Source: a virus (taxonomy: Duplodnaviria; Caudoviricetes). From it: a DNA stretch of 52,534 nt. The translations under genes were made by a program, and so were the position numbers. Where the stretch lies: positions 1 to 52,534 of the IMG/VR virus record IMGVR_UViG_3300025411_000647, one strand, 5' to 3'. Positions 19,899 to 30,881 of the stretch are shown piece after piece. Under the pieces are notes generated by a model. It searched no databases. It worked only from the letters and a program-made list of their open reading frames with translations, and was not told the origin of the DNA. Within the stretch, counting starts at the first letter, position 1; the number at the start of each line of letters is the position of its first letter.

Positions 19899-20590
19899 TA
19901 GACATAAGCAATTGGGGTTATTACCATAAGATGAATCCTACAGGAACTCTGTGGCCTTCAAATTTATTATACACTCCTCGGATTAATCCAGAGCAAACAG
20001 TAATGTGTGCGCATTATTGTATTGATCTAGAATATAGACCAAACGAAACTAATAAAGTGTCTGAAGAATTAGTAGACTGGTTTTTTCATAGAGATGCTAA
20101 ATTTTTAAATCAACTATCTCATCTTAAAACAACACCAACACTTTATGATATAGATACAGTTAATAGAAAAATTTTTATAGAATGGAATAAAGAAACATTT
20201 TCACAAATTTTATTTACACCAGGCCGCAACTTAGATGAAGAAGTGCCTGATTGGAAAGAACAGATGAAAGCATTTTTTATTTCAACAAAGGAAAACAATT
20301 TTTGGAAACTATCTTTATATCCAAATTGTTTTTTTGTTACCAAAGATGGCCAGCTTAAAACTATAGACAACTATGCGGTAGTACCTTATGAAGAACGCTT
20401 TATAAAAAGAGATTTAATCGAGGGTGTTATAGGAAAAGATGGTGCATACCGTTTTAATTATTCAACCGACGAAAATGGAATTATTGATTTTAAGAAGTTT
20501 TTTGAAATCACGGTGACTAAACATCTGCAGGAAAAATCATGGGGCAATACCGTGTTTGCTGATATTTTTAAAGAAATTTATAATGATTGA
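19895..20590 (+). CDS. hypothetical, possibly kinase-like fold (paralog of 25862..26542)
   Basis: Shared NL.YT, P.L/I..., PDW..QM and DG.LK.I motifs. Confidence 0.55.
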   Translation: MIDISNWGYYHKMNPTGTLWPSNLLYTPRINPEQTVMCAHYCIDLEYRPNETNKVSEELVDWFFHRDAKFLNQLSHLKTTPTLYDIDTVNRKIFIEWNKETFSQILFTPGRNLDEEVPDWKEQMKAFFISTKENNFWKLSLYPNCFFVTKDGQLKTIDNYAVVPYEERFIKRDLIEGVIGKDGAYRFNYSTDENGIIDFKKFFEITVTKHLQEKSWGNTVFADIFKEIYND

Positions 20591-21074
20591 TTGGAACATA
20601 GTCATTGCCAATCTTAAAGATGGTAAAGTAATTACTGTTGACCCAACGCGATGGAATATGAATAATCCAGAATACGCAGAAATATTAAAACTATGGAATG
20701 ACAGCAACTTTAATACCAACAGCGTTAAATGGACAAACTATTACGATACCAAAGAAATTGAATCAGAACTAGCTAATCAGTTTTATGTAAAACCGTTACG
20801 TAGTTGGATTAGTTGTGTAGAACCCGGATACATGACAGGGCATCATTATGACATAGATGACCATGAACAAGAGTATTTGCAGTTAGGTAAAATAAAAAGA
20901 TTCTCTGTGTTTATGAGCAAGCCCAGTATAGGTCAATTATTTATAATGGGCGATAATTATTATTATAACATGGAGCAAGGCAGTGTATTAGTTTGGAATA
21001 ATTATAGAGCGTGGCACAATGGTATTAACGGCAGTCTTATTAACAAGTATATGTTCCATTTGCTAGGTTACTAA
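20583..21074 (+). CDS. 2OG-Fe(II)/cupin hydroxylase-like protein
   Basis: PG...HYD...WH.G.N motif. Confidence 0.65.
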   Translation: MIDWNIVIANLKDGKVITVDPTRWNMNNPEYAEILKLWNDSNFNTNSVKWTNYYDTKEIESELANQFYVKPLRSWISCVEPGYMTGHHYDIDDHEQEYLQLGKIKRFSVFMSKPSIGQLFIMGDNYYYNMEQGSVLVWNNYRAWHNGINGSLINKYMFHLLGY

Positions 21075-21870
21075 TTATATTATTAGCAAACTGTTGATGA
21101 GATAATTCTCCAGGGTGGCCGTCTCTTGCTTTATCTAAAATATTAAATTTGATTATATCTAAATCAAATGCTATTTTAACTATTTCAATCATATCAGGAT
21201 CCCAACTAGACAATATTAGCTTAATATTGTTAGCTTTAGCAATGTCTAGAATCCATCGTATAGCGTCGATAGTTTGCGACAATAAAAATTGATCGCTAAA
21301 ATGCTGTACAATATCTTTACGCACAAATTCTAATTCTTTGACTTGTATTGGATGTGCTGGTAAAATTGAGTGTAGATGATTAGTACTATCGCAGTAATGA
21401 AATCGCGTAAAGGACGGAAGGTTTATTAAGGTTGTTTCTATATCCCACACATTTACGGCAGCAGCAAAAGTTAAAGCTATCCTGTGACAGTTTGATCCTG
21501 GAATTCCTAAGTTTAAATATTTTTTATTGCAATGTTGGGCAATTAAATTAGTGTATATTTTATCTTCAGATAACCCTTGGCCAAATGCAATGCTGCAACC
21601 GAATGATGCTAATAATTTTTTATCTTCTATACTAGGATAACTGCCTCTGAATCCTATATCATTTATATAATAACCAAAATGGTCTGACGGTGTTGTTGTA
21701 GAATTATTCTCTTCTTCTGCTGAAAAATATTTTACCCAACCAAACTTACTATATTTGTCAGAATATTCTTTATAGAATTGTAAACATCCAAATTCTAGCA
21801 TATCAGCTGGCATCTTAGTTAGTGCCGAGCTTTTGTTTTTGATAAAATTAAATAGTTGCTGATCTAGCAT
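21040..21870 (-). CDS. SGNH-hydrolase-like protein
   Basis: FGCS.AFG, NLGIPGS, DGHPG. Confidence 0.65.
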   Translation of the reverse strand: MLDQQLFNFIKNKSSALTKMPADMLEFGCLQFYKEYSDKYSKFGWVKYFSAEEENNSTTTPSDHFGYYINDIGFRGSYPSIEDKKLLASFGCSIAFGQGLSEDKIYTNLIAQHCNKKYLNLGIPGSNCHRIALTFAAAVNVWDIETTLINLPSFTRFHYCDSTNHLHSILPAHPIQVKELEFVRKDIVQHFSDQFLLSQTIDAIRWILDIAKANNIKLILSSWDPDMIEIVKIAFDLDIIKFNILDKARDGHPGELSHQQFANNIISNLANGTYTC

Positions 21871-21871
21871 T

Positions 21872-22396
21872 TTAGTTGTATAACGTTATTTGAAGAGTAT
21901 ATCTTGGATTATATCCTATATTAGCAGGACCATGCACAGTCATAGGATCACTCCACTCGTACATATCTCCTGCTTTGTAATTAGCAATATATTTGTCATC
22001 CCAAACAAATATGTGTCCAGGTTCCCAATCCTGTAAGAACATAGTATAGCGTACAAAATCTGTAACTTCTGTTAACTGCGGATCTATATGCATGGCTTGA
22101 AACTCGCCAGGGTACAGCATCACAAACCACCAATTAACTTTGGATCTTTTTTCAGGAACGTCTGGTAATGCAAATTTAAAATCTTGCATTTCGATAGATT
22201 TAGGGTTCACCTGATGAAAGAAATATTTGTTATTGCTATATCCTGATCGGGCCATTTCGGTAAATTTTTCTAATATAGGATTACCTTTCCATCTATCAGG
22301 TTGCCATACAGGTGTACAGTCTCCTTGACATTGAGTAAGGTGTTCCATAATACCCTGTTCTTTGATCCAAGATGCATAGTTGCCTATATATTTCAT
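21872..22396 (-). CDS. 2OG-Fe(II)/cupin hydroxylase-like protein
   Basis: PGE...HID...HGPAN...R. Confidence 0.7.
   Translation of the reverse strand: MKYIGNYASWIKEQGIMEHLTQCQGDCTPVWQPDRWKGNPILEKFTEMARSGYSNNKYFFHQVNPKSIEMQDFKFALPDVPEKRSKVNWWFVMLYPGEFQAMHIDPQLTEVTDFVRYTMFLQDWEPGHIFVWDDKYIANYKAGDMYEWSDPMTVHGPANIGYNPRYTLQITLYN
21885..22030. repeat. ~145-bp imperfect direct repeat, copy 1 (copy 2 at about 23217-23362)
   Basis: Near-identical DNA encoding the C-termini of two paralogous hydroxylases. Confidence 0.85.
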
Positions 22397-23199
22397 CAGT
22401 AAGTATCCAAATGATTAATGCCAAGTTTAATACGGAAATCTTCTGTGAACTTGCCGTCTATGCGCAGTCCGTAACTTTGTTCCATAATACGTTCTCCACC
22501 ATGCCAATCTACATCATTCCACCATGCAGCGCGAGTGTTAAGATATGTTTTGTCCTTAGTCTCTGGATCCCACAAGTAAAACGCTTTCTTTGTGTTAGGA
22601 CGAATGTGTATGAACTCATTGCGGTGTGGCTTGACTATATTAACACCATTCTTAGCATCTAGGTCTCTGTGTTCAAAAGGAATACCATCTGCCTCGCAAT
22701 GAAAAAATATAACACGGCCAATGTCTGCAAACACAGTACCTACTAGGCTTTCGACCCACTTAACCACATTAGGAAAGTATTCTGCTTCGGGTGTAAGTTT
22801 ACGTGGAGCGGTGCGATCATCCCATGACCCTTCTTCCCATAGATAATAATAAATGTAAGGATCATATGCACCCATAGCCATTTTCAGGAAGCGTGTAAAG
22901 ATATTGCGTTGTTGGAAGTTTTTAAAATCTTTAGGCATTAGTTTCATACCTGCTTGCTTAATGGGATCGGTGTCAGGTAAAGCCATAAATTCTTGCATAG
23001 CTTCGTATATAGGTTTCCAACTTACCCTATAACTCATATCATCAAATGTAAAGCCTGGAGCCATCCATGTGCCTTCTTTGGCATGCTCGCGTGCCAAGGC
23101 AAATCCTGATAATATTTCAGGTTGTAGACTGTCAAATTTCTCCATATCTAAAAATGGAGTCATATCAAAATAAGATTGCTTGTTTATTCCGTTAAGCAT
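22396..23199 (-). CDS. cupin/2OG-like oxygenase (paralog of 32742..33482)
   Basis: EHRD...EFIHI...DWHGG...LRIDGKF. Confidence 0.6.
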   Translation of the reverse strand: MLNGINKQSYFDMTPFLDMEKFDSLQPEILSGFALAREHAKEGTWMAPGFTFDDMSYRVSWKPIYEAMQEFMALPDTDPIKQAGMKLMPKDFKNFQQRNIFTRFLKMAMGAYDPYIYYYLWEEGSWDDRTAPRKLTPEAEYFPNVVKWVESLVGTVFADIGRVIFFHCEADGIPFEHRDLDAKNGVNIVKPHRNEFIHIRPNTKKAFYLWDPETKDKTYLNTRAAWWNDVDWHGGERIMEQSYGLRIDGKFTEDFRIKLGINHLDTY

Positions 23200-23203
23200 A
23201 TTT

Positions 23204-23749
23204 TTAATCGTTCATAGTTATTTGAAGAGTATATCTTGGATTATATCCTATATTAGCAGGACCGTGCATCGACATAGGGTCACTCCACTCGTACATATCT
23301 CCTGCTTTATAATTAGCAATATATTTGTCATCCCACACAAATATATGTCCAGGTTCCCAATCTTGTAAAAATATAGTATACCTTACAAGATTATCAACAT
23401 CTAAAGTATGCGGATCTATATGCATGGCTTGAAACTCTCCGGGATTTAATTTTATAAACCACCAATTCAGTTGTCTACGTGTTTCGGGCAAGATTGGTAA
23501 ATCAAATTTAAATTTTTTCATTTCAGTAGAATGTGGCCCTAACATATGAAAAGCTGATTGGCTATCACCGTACCACGGCTCTGATATTTTTCTGATTTGA
23601 TCTAGTACTGGATGACCAACTTGTATATCTTTTGCAGATGCTAATAGACTTTTATCCCACCGGCAAGCAGACAAATGCTCCATTATTTTTTGTTCTGCAA
23701 TCCAAGACGAATAATTTCCTATAAATTTCATTTTAGGTATCTCTTGCAT
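23204..23749 (-). CDS. 2OG-Fe(II)/cupin hydroxylase-like protein (paralog of 21872..22396)
   Basis: Near-identical C-terminal half; start uncertain (23749 or 23731). Confidence 0.7.
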   Translation of the reverse strand: MQEIPKMKFIGNYSSWIAEQKIMEHLSACRWDKSLLASAKDIQVGHPVLDQIRKISEPWYGDSQSAFHMLGPHSTEMKKFKFDLPILPETRRQLNWWFIKLNPGEFQAMHIDPHTLDVDNLVRYTIFLQDWEPGHIFVWDDKYIANYKAGDMYEWSDPMSMHGPANIGYNPRYTLQITMND

Positions 23750-24800
23750 CGTATTTTCTTTGATACTTTTCAGGCACTGTATCATATAATGGCAAGTTTT
23801 TATTTACAGCACCATCCCTTAATATAACTTGATGCACTAATGGACTTACAGGTTTACCTGGCAACATATCGGCCCACGACTCGGTTTGATCTTCTTCTAA
23901 GTCAATAGTTCTTACATCGGGCCATTGAATTATTTTAACTAGTATGCCATTAATACGCAAAGGATAATGGACTCTGATACCATAAGATGGTTCATATTTA
24001 TATACCCATCTTTTACGTTCACATATAGCTATTACCATATCTACAAGTTCGGATAGATATATTTTCTCTTCTCCCGGATGACGACCTATGTCTGTGCCTA
24101 CTCGTACTCTATAGTTGTGAGGACTAAGAGTTTTTCCAAACTCTTGTATTTCATCTAGACAGTATTCCAATTGATCTATTGTTTCAAGTGTATAGCTGAC
24201 ATTTTTAATAGTCATGCCTAACTTCATACAGTTATCAATACCCTCCATCTGTTTTTTTCTAACAGTATGTCCTTGGTAGTCTGGGTGATTCAACCCAATG
24301 GTCCAAAACAAATTAGTTATATTTGTAAATTGATTAGCATAATCATAATCAGATAGATAAACACCGTTTGTTAAAATCATTATAGCACGTGGTTTACCTG
24401 GTAATGCTTGTATAGCACGACATAATTCAGGCAAGTCTTTTCTAGTTGTCGGCTCTGCTCCCATTAAAGCAACAGCATAACCATCGTCTTCCCATGCTCG
24501 AATAGTATCTAATATAGTATCTATACTAGGATCCTTGCTCATATTATCGGGTATTTGATAACAATGCGGGCAATTTAAGTTACAACGATTGGTAATATCT
24601 AGACAATATGTTTTATTTGTTGGTCTTGGATATTTGTAGTTGATATAAAAATCAGCATTGGGTTCTACTAAATGTTCAGACTCACCGTGCCATTTACATT
24701 TTTTACTCAACCATATAGAGCCATTTTTTTCAAAAAGAACAGCTGGTACATGCCTGTAACAATGTTCGCATACGGATGTAGTATCATGTATTTTATTCAT
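23733..24800 (-). CDS. radical SAM protein with N-terminal CxxC...C..HG domain
   Basis: CEHC...KCKWHG; CNLNCPHC; GAEPT; TNG. Confidence 0.85.
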   Translation of the reverse strand: MNKIHDTTSVCEHCYRHVPAVLFEKNGSIWLSKKCKWHGESEHLVEPNADFYINYKYPRPTNKTYCLDITNRCNLNCPHCYQIPDNMSKDPSIDTILDTIRAWEDDGYAVALMGAEPTTRKDLPELCRAIQALPGKPRAIMILTNGVYLSDYDYANQFTNITNLFWTIGLNHPDYQGHTVRKKQMEGIDNCMKLGMTIKNVSYTLETIDQLEYCLDEIQEFGKTLSPHNYRVRVGTDIGRHPGEEKIYLSELVDMVIAICERKRWVYKYEPSYGIRVHYPLRINGILVKIIQWPDVRTIDLEEDQTESWADMLPGKPVSPLVHQVILRDGAVNKNLPLYDTVPEKYQRKYDARDT

Positions 24801-25830
24801 GTCTGTATTTTTCAGGTACTGTATCAAACAACATCTGTCCTTTATTTACTGCTTGGTCTCGTAATATGACTTGATGTAATAATGGACTCATAGGCTTACC
24901 AGGTACTATACTTGCCCAAGATTCACTTTGAACTTCTTCCAAGTCTATTGTACGAACATCGCACCATTTAATAAACTTGTGTTCAATGCCGTTTATTCTA
25001 ACAGAGTAGTGTGTACGATTACCATTTATATAATCGGGTTCCCACGACCATTGGTTATCTTGACAAAATTGTTCTGCTACTGAAACGAGCTCAGACAAAT
25101 ACAATTCTTTAAAGTCGCCTTCCGGAACGCGACCAATTTCAACACCTAATTGTATTCTAGCATTAATCCCAAACTTTTGTACTTCGTGCATTACATCGGT
25201 TAACTGTTCTAAATTAGCTAGTGTGTAAGTTAATGTTTTAACGTCTAACCCTAGTTTAATACAGTTCTCTAAACCTTCCATTTGTTTAATACGTATTTGT
25301 CCACCATTGTAATCAGGATGGTTAAGACCGAAAGTCCATTTAAGATTGGGTATATCTTTGAAACGACTAACATAGTCCCATTTGGCTAGATACACACCGT
25401 TAGTAACTATTATAACATTTCTACGTTTAATGGGCAATGCATGTATTGCCAAAACTAAATCAGCAAGGTCTTTTCTCACGGTAGGTTCTGCCCCAACTAG
25501 GCTAACAGGGAGCCCATTGTCCGGCCAACTCATAACTTCTGTTAGTAAATAATCTATGCTAGGATCTGTACTTTTATTATCGGGCATTTGATAACAATGT
25601 GGGCAATCTAAGTTACAACGATTAGTAATATCTAACCAATAACTACTAGGCCTACGTCTTTGATATTGTTGACTTTTGTAAAATTCTGTGTTAATATCTA
25701 ATATTGCTTCTTGATATCCGTGTTTAGGACAAGTTTTACCTAGCATCATTTTGCCGTCTCGTTCGAAACGTTCAGCTGGTACGTGACGATAGCAATGTTC
25801 GCATAGGGAGATAGTTTCTAAAGTATTCAT
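24793..25830 (-). CDS. radical SAM protein (tandem paralog of 23733..24800)
   Basis: CEHC...CPKHG; CNLDCPHC; GAEPT. Confidence 0.85.
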   Translation of the reverse strand: MNTLETISLCEHCYRHVPAERFERDGKMMLGKTCPKHGYQEAILDINTEFYKSQQYQRRRPSSYWLDITNRCNLDCPHCYQMPDNKSTDPSIDYLLTEVMSWPDNGLPVSLVGAEPTVRKDLADLVLAIHALPIKRRNVIIVTNGVYLAKWDYVSRFKDIPNLKWTFGLNHPDYNGGQIRIKQMEGLENCIKLGLDVKTLTYTLANLEQLTDVMHEVQKFGINARIQLGVEIGRVPEGDFKELYLSELVSVAEQFCQDNQWSWEPDYINGNRTHYSVRINGIEHKFIKWCDVRTIDLEEVQSESWASIVPGKPMSPLLHQVILRDQAVNKGQMLFDTVPEKYRHE

Positions 25831-25861
25831 GTGGCAAATATTTATTGATAATTATTATACT

Positions 25862-26542
25862 ATGAAATATTATTACAACAATGTACCAGGCGAAGGGCCT
25901 TGCCGAAATAATTTGATTTATACTAGTCTTATATCCGAAGATAAGAAAGTATTTTGCCAGTGGTATCATAATGATACTGAGTATCATGCTGGGAAAAATC
26001 AAGTAGTTGATCCTAAATTGATGAAAGAAAAATTCCAAAGAGAACTACATTATCTTAGCAATATGGCTTGGCATAATCCCGATATGGTTCCGACAATTGT
26101 AGAAGTTAATGTTCCTGAACGCAAAATTTATCTTAAAATAGATGGACCTGATTTTTGGGAACAAGCAGGATGTAATCAAGCAAACTATGATAGTGTGTTG
26201 CCTGATTGGCAAGATCAAATGATTGCAATAATTCAAGAGCATAAAAAACTCAAATGGCACAAATACAGTATGCATCCTAGCAGTTATTTTGTAGTAGATG
26301 GTAAACTAAAAAGCATTAATTATTTTTTTACCTATCACGCAGATGAACCAAATATTAGTATTCAAAATGTAGAAAGCCACATTTATACTAGCCGACAAGA
26401 TGAAATGCGTAAACATCTTGATACACTTGGAATAAAATGGGATGAACCACAACCGTGGACAGTAATGGATCAACTATGCTGGAATAGTTTTAGTACAAAT
26501 TATCCGGCTGAATTTATCGAACGAGTAAAATGTATACTATAA
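25862..26542 (+). CDS. hypothetical, possibly kinase-like fold
   Basis: Paralog of 19895..20590; start reassigned to MKYYYNN. Confidence 0.55.
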   Translation: MKYYYNNVPGEGPCRNNLIYTSLISEDKKVFCQWYHNDTEYHAGKNQVVDPKLMKEKFQRELHYLSNMAWHNPDMVPTIVEVNVPERKIYLKIDGPDFWEQAGCNQANYDSVLPDWQDQMIAIIQEHKKLKWHKYSMHPSSYFVVDGKLKSINYFFTYHADEPNISIQNVESHIYTSRQDEMRKHLDTLGIKWDEPQPWTVMDQLCWNSFSTNYPAEFIERVKCIL

Positions 26543-27078
26543 TACCTTGGACAGAAGATTTAGATCTTACAGATTTTTATGCAGAAGCCGGAAAACGTGG
26601 TTTTGTAAATAATGCTAGTAAGTCTGCAATGATCGATTGTTTCAAAAATGAAACAAACTGGCGGGTTTGGATACTATACTATAATGATCGTGCGGTAGGT
26701 AGCGTTGCAGCACATAGTATAGAAGAAGGTTATAGAATTTGTGCCAGGACTTGTATTCTAACACACTTGTTGCCTACAAATACACTACGTACACGTAATC
26801 AAATTATCAATCATCAGCATCTTACAGCACAATATTTGATGCCCGCATGTATTGAATGGGCACCTCCCTGGGAAGATTTATACATAACAAGCCATCCTAG
26901 TGAAATAGGAACACAGCGTCTAGTACACACTGTATGGGGACCTAGTTTAGAAAAAACAGGAGTTCTTACTAGAGCCTTTGAAAAAGAGTATAGAGGGCAT
27001 GTTCAGACTTTTTGGAGACTGAACACTAATGAATTTCTTAAACAATTACGAAACGTACCCGAATACCATTCTATGTAA
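26530..27078 (+). CDS. GNAT-like protein
   Basis: beta-strand pattern WILYY..RAVG...YRI; weak. Confidence 0.4.
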   Translation: MYTIIPWTEDLDLTDFYAEAGKRGFVNNASKSAMIDCFKNETNWRVWILYYNDRAVGSVAAHSIEEGYRICARTCILTHLLPTNTLRTRNQIINHQHLTAQYLMPACIEWAPPWEDLYITSHPSEIGTQRLVHTVWGPSLEKTGVLTRAFEKEYRGHVQTFWRLNTNEFLKQLRNVPEYHSM

Positions 27079-27903
27079 CAAACGTTCCTGGATTTTTTCA
27101 AAAGGCCAACGTTTGTGTATGCCAAACCACTGATCGGCAATAACTACATCGCCGTCCTTCCAATCGTGATGGTAACAATATTTGTCCTGTATTATATGTT
27201 CGTGTAACGATTTTAATATAGGTAAACTTTCTTCTCTAGTCATTCCTTCGTATCGTTCTAATTGATAAAATGAATGATACATACCAAATTCACCCGTTGA
27301 GTGCTGTATAACTACTGGTTGACTAGGAGCATTTTCATCTATGGCAATGCCACCTGCAATTGGTCCTCTAAAATCTGCACTTCTATAATAAATGCCTTTA
27401 AGGTCTTTAATTTGATCTTTAGTAGCCTGATCAAGATCTTTATAAGCTAACACACTATTAGTGTAACTTGTTCTAGAACCCTCTGTTCCTGTTACTCCAT
27501 ACAGCCATACTAATGGACCACGTTGTTTACCGTGATTGCTATTTAAAAGATGCGGTTGATTATTATGCCATTCCATAGCATCTACATATCCAGCTGTTCC
27601 TGGTTTTCCATGTTCGTTAAGAGCTCCAGTTACACGAGTAATATGCCCGTTAGGGTCATTTGTTAAATCTGCTGTTTCGTGTTCAAACTCAGCTTGGCCA
27701 GGAGCATATTCAGTAGTAACATTACCAAACATGTATCCTACTTTTAATTCATCTTGTATAGTTAATGATTGATTTCTAAATACTATCAGGGTGCTAGTTT
27801 TCATCAAGTCAGATGCTTGTTTGATATCTGCAGGTGTTGCTGTTCGAAGATCAAAATCATCGACTATAACAGCCCATCCGTTGTTGTCTAAGTGATATTT
27901 CAT
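27046..27903 (-). CDS. TauD/TfdA-family dioxygenase
   Basis: IVFRNQ.L, WH, H.WKDGD.V..D...H.R...R.LHR. Confidence 0.85.
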   Translation of the reverse strand: MKYHLDNNGWAVIVDDFDLRTATPADIKQASDLMKTSTLIVFRNQSLTIQDELKVGYMFGNVTTEYAPGQAEFEHETADLTNDPNGHITRVTGALNEHGKPGTAGYVDAMEWHNNQPHLLNSNHGKQRGPLVWLYGVTGTEGSRTSYTNSVLAYKDLDQATKDQIKDLKGIYYRSADFRGPIAGGIAIDENAPSQPVVIQHSTGEFGMYHSFYQLERYEGMTREESLPILKSLHEHIIQDKYCYHHDWKDGDVVIADQWFGIHKRWPFEKIQERLLHRMVFGYVS

Positions 27904-27907
27904 TAGG

Positions 27908-29365
27908 TTATCCTTTTTTATTAATAGATTCTATTCCGTTTGTAGCCACTAGTCTTACCATTGCTGGGCTAAATTTCCATCCGTCGATTGTAAATTTTTC
28001 TCTTGGTCCTACAACTTGTGTACGTATACTATAGTAAGGAGGATCGATATGTGGAATCATTTTTTTGTTCAATTCAGCAAGATCGAGTTCTTGGTTTGTA
28101 CGGATATACCAACATTCAAAATCGCTATCAAACACAACATCGAAATCTTTTTCACGTATTAAATCAGTAACTTCTTCAATAACTGAATTTAAAAAATAAG
28201 AGTAAACAGTTTTACCATTGCAACGATATAAATCTTGACGACCTAGAAATGTAAAAACATTGTCTTTAACCTCAAATCTGTCGCCTGTATGAATTACATT
28301 ATTGTTGTAGTCAATCACTTGTAATAAATTATCTTCGACTACTGTAACTTCGTTAAAGAAAGGTGTCGGGCTTCCATAGGTTCTAACATTCCAATCTTTA
28401 TAATTAGATTGATCTATTTCGCAATAGAGAATAGGACCACCTGTTTCTTGACTTCCAAATTGCGGTAATAGCACGTATTTGAATTCTCCTACTAGTCTGT
28501 TAATATATTCTTCTTTAACACTTCCTACATAATGTATTCTCATTTGATCATGCTGTTTTTTATTGATATCTAATGCTTGGTAGAACCAATCCATTTGATT
28601 AAAGAAAATTGCAATACGATTAATTTTTTCAGATTGTATTTTGTCAATAACATATTCGCGAAATGCTAATTCTCTATCGCCACCGCCCCACCCTACCGGA
28701 GCATGAAAATGAGACTTGCATCTATTAACCATAGGTAAAAAGTATACACCAAGAATCACTCCATGCTGTAAATTTTTATCATGCCATACTTTTTCGTCTT
28801 CTTTTAAATTATACAAATTAGCATTAACATTCATATTTTTAAAAAAGAATTCGTGTGTATGTTCTATAATTTTAGGTGTTCCAGTTGTACCAGAACTTGT
28901 TGTTACTATTATATTGTCAGTGGGTTCACACCAAACAGGGGATACAATTTTATCAGGAGCATAGGTTTCTAAAAAATTAACATTTATTTTTTTATTTTCA
29001 AATTGAGGTTGATCGAATCCTATAGGATAAATCATGTCCCATAAAATAATATCAGATGTGTAATAAATGGGCATTTGCTCCATTGCTAATATTGTTTTTG
29101 GAAAATCAGAAATAATAAAGTTTAGCCCAAGCTCTGCACATGCAAAAAGCCATATTGGATAGTTAGGCCAGTATGTCATTGACATTACTACTCGTTGACC
29201 TTTCTTCACATTAAATTCTGTTATTAGATATGTTTTGGCAAGATCAATTTTTTCACTAAGCTGTTCTCTATTCATGTAGATAGGAAAAATATTATCACTG
29301 GAGTCCATATTAATTCCAGTTAGTTCAAATTTGGGATGTAGTATGTCCCTAGTGATTATATCCAT
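27908..29365 (-). CDS. AMP-binding (ANL adenylate-forming) enzyme
   Basis: TSSGTTGTPK, FGSQETGG, TGD, GR.D. Confidence 0.85.
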   Translation of the reverse strand: MDIITRDILHPKFELTGINMDSSDNIFPIYMNREQLSEKIDLAKTYLITEFNVKKGQRVVMSMTYWPNYPIWLFACAELGLNFIISDFPKTILAMEQMPIYYTSDIILWDMIYPIGFDQPQFENKKINVNFLETYAPDKIVSPVWCEPTDNIIVTTSSGTTGTPKIIEHTHEFFFKNMNVNANLYNLKEDEKVWHDKNLQHGVILGVYFLPMVNRCKSHFHAPVGWGGGDRELAFREYVIDKIQSEKINRIAIFFNQMDWFYQALDINKKQHDQMRIHYVGSVKEEYINRLVGEFKYVLLPQFGSQETGGPILYCEIDQSNYKDWNVRTYGSPTPFFNEVTVVEDNLLQVIDYNNNVIHTGDRFEVKDNVFTFLGRQDLYRCNGKTVYSYFLNSVIEEVTDLIREKDFDVVFDSDFECWYIRTNQELDLAELNKKMIPHIDPPYYSIRTQVVGPREKFTIDGWKFSPAMVRLVATNGIESINKKG

Positions 29366-29447
29366 TAAATTACCTTTGATTTATTTTTTGACTCTTTTTA
29401 ATAACGATATATACATGAAGTCAAGAATATTTATATAAGGTATAAAG

Positions 29448-30881
29448 ATGGTAGTGAAATTCCGAACTGAAAAACAACAGTCGATAGTTATCTGTATACT
29501 AGATATAATTGATAATTGTAAAAGCGGATATGCTAGAGAAATATGCGTTAATTTAACTGATTTTTTAATTCACCGTTTTGACATGCACGGGTATGATATC
29601 TTTATCAGTAAAGACGAGGATAGTCTATTACAAGCCTCTGTAGAAAATGGATACAGTCATGCTGTTGTAATTTCAGCTGGCACTAGTTTAAAACTTTCGG
29701 ATAATTTATTTGGAGCTATCAAGAGTGCTTGTCAGGAAGATTTTTTTATAGCAGGTCATATTCTTGATAGAAAAGATCATTCTTATTATAAAAATGCCTG
29801 CTTTGAATTGCATCAGCAATTTTATATAGTTAATTTAGAACAATATAAAGAATTAGGATCACCTACTATAGGACAAGAAGAATGGGTAGAGTATCAACAA
29901 CTTGCTCCTATACGCAGTAAAGAATGTTTGTACGATGATCCAGAAATTCCAGTATGGATGAAAAAAGGCACTGAGATTCACACTTATTCTGTTAAACTTC
30001 ACGGATGGAACATATTAAATGTTGCCTTGGAAAATGATAAAGTGTTATTAACATTGAATCAAAAAATACGAGATAGTAAAAAATATCTGTATTATGAATA
30101 TGATCATGTATTTTTAAAAACATTAGCCGACATAAAATATTATCAATTTTTTGCTACTAATTTTTTTGCTGGGTGGAACAGCGATCAATTAAGAGAAGAA
30201 TTACCATTTGAAGGACCAATTGAACAATACGCTACTGTCGGGATTGGATTTAATTGGATTAAGAATTTAGAACTTGTCGGTTTCACTGACAAGACTAAAA
30301 TTATCTTTACAGACATTAATTATAACTGTTTAATGTTTATGAAGAAAATGGTCGAAGACTGGGATGGAAATAACTATGCAGATTTTTATTGGGAACATAA
30401 ACCAATGTTACCTAACAATCCTCCTCATATTTCTGACGAGTATCGACAGCAGATAGCTAATCAATGGGAAAAGTTTTTAACAACAATCGATAACTGGCCA
30501 GCACTATGGCATCAAGTTAAACAGTTAGAGTATGATTATATTCTTATAGATTATACAGCATCGTTTAACTTTGACTGGTTAGCAACAGGTTGTAAAACAA
30601 TATTAAATCTTAGCAATTTATATAATCATTCCCCGTTTGTTGCTATGAATAGTTTAAAATATCGCGTTAGATGCGAAAACAACTTAATCCGTCAATTAAA
30701 AGATAAAGATCCCAATATTACACTATTGATAACATCCAGGGCAGCAGATGGGTTTTGGAAAATTAAAAATAATCAATATTTAGATAAGATTAGTAATTTT
30801 ACATACACTGACATAAGTAAATTAAAAATTCCTAAATGGCATGAAACAGATTGGACTTACGATGGATTTAACTTATATTAA
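29448..30881 (+). CDS. hypothetical protein
   Basis: 477-aa ORF; no motif recognised. Confidence 0.7.
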   Translation: MVVKFRTEKQQSIVICILDIIDNCKSGYAREICVNLTDFLIHRFDMHGYDIFISKDEDSLLQASVENGYSHAVVISAGTSLKLSDNLFGAIKSACQEDFFIAGHILDRKDHSYYKNACFELHQQFYIVNLEQYKELGSPTIGQEEWVEYQQLAPIRSKECLYDDPEIPVWMKKGTEIHTYSVKLHGWNILNVALENDKVLLTLNQKIRDSKKYLYYEYDHVFLKTLADIKYYQFFATNFFAGWNSDQLREELPFEGPIEQYATVGIGFNWIKNLELVGFTDKTKIIFTDINYNCLMFMKKMVEDWDGNNYADFYWEHKPMLPNNPPHISDEYRQQIANQWEKFLTTIDNWPALWHQVKQLEYDYILIDYTASFNFDWLATGCKTILNLSNLYNHSPFVAMNSLKYRVRCENNLIRQLKDKDPNITLLITSRAADGFWKIKNNQYLDKISNFTYTDISKLKIPKWHETDWTYDGFNLY

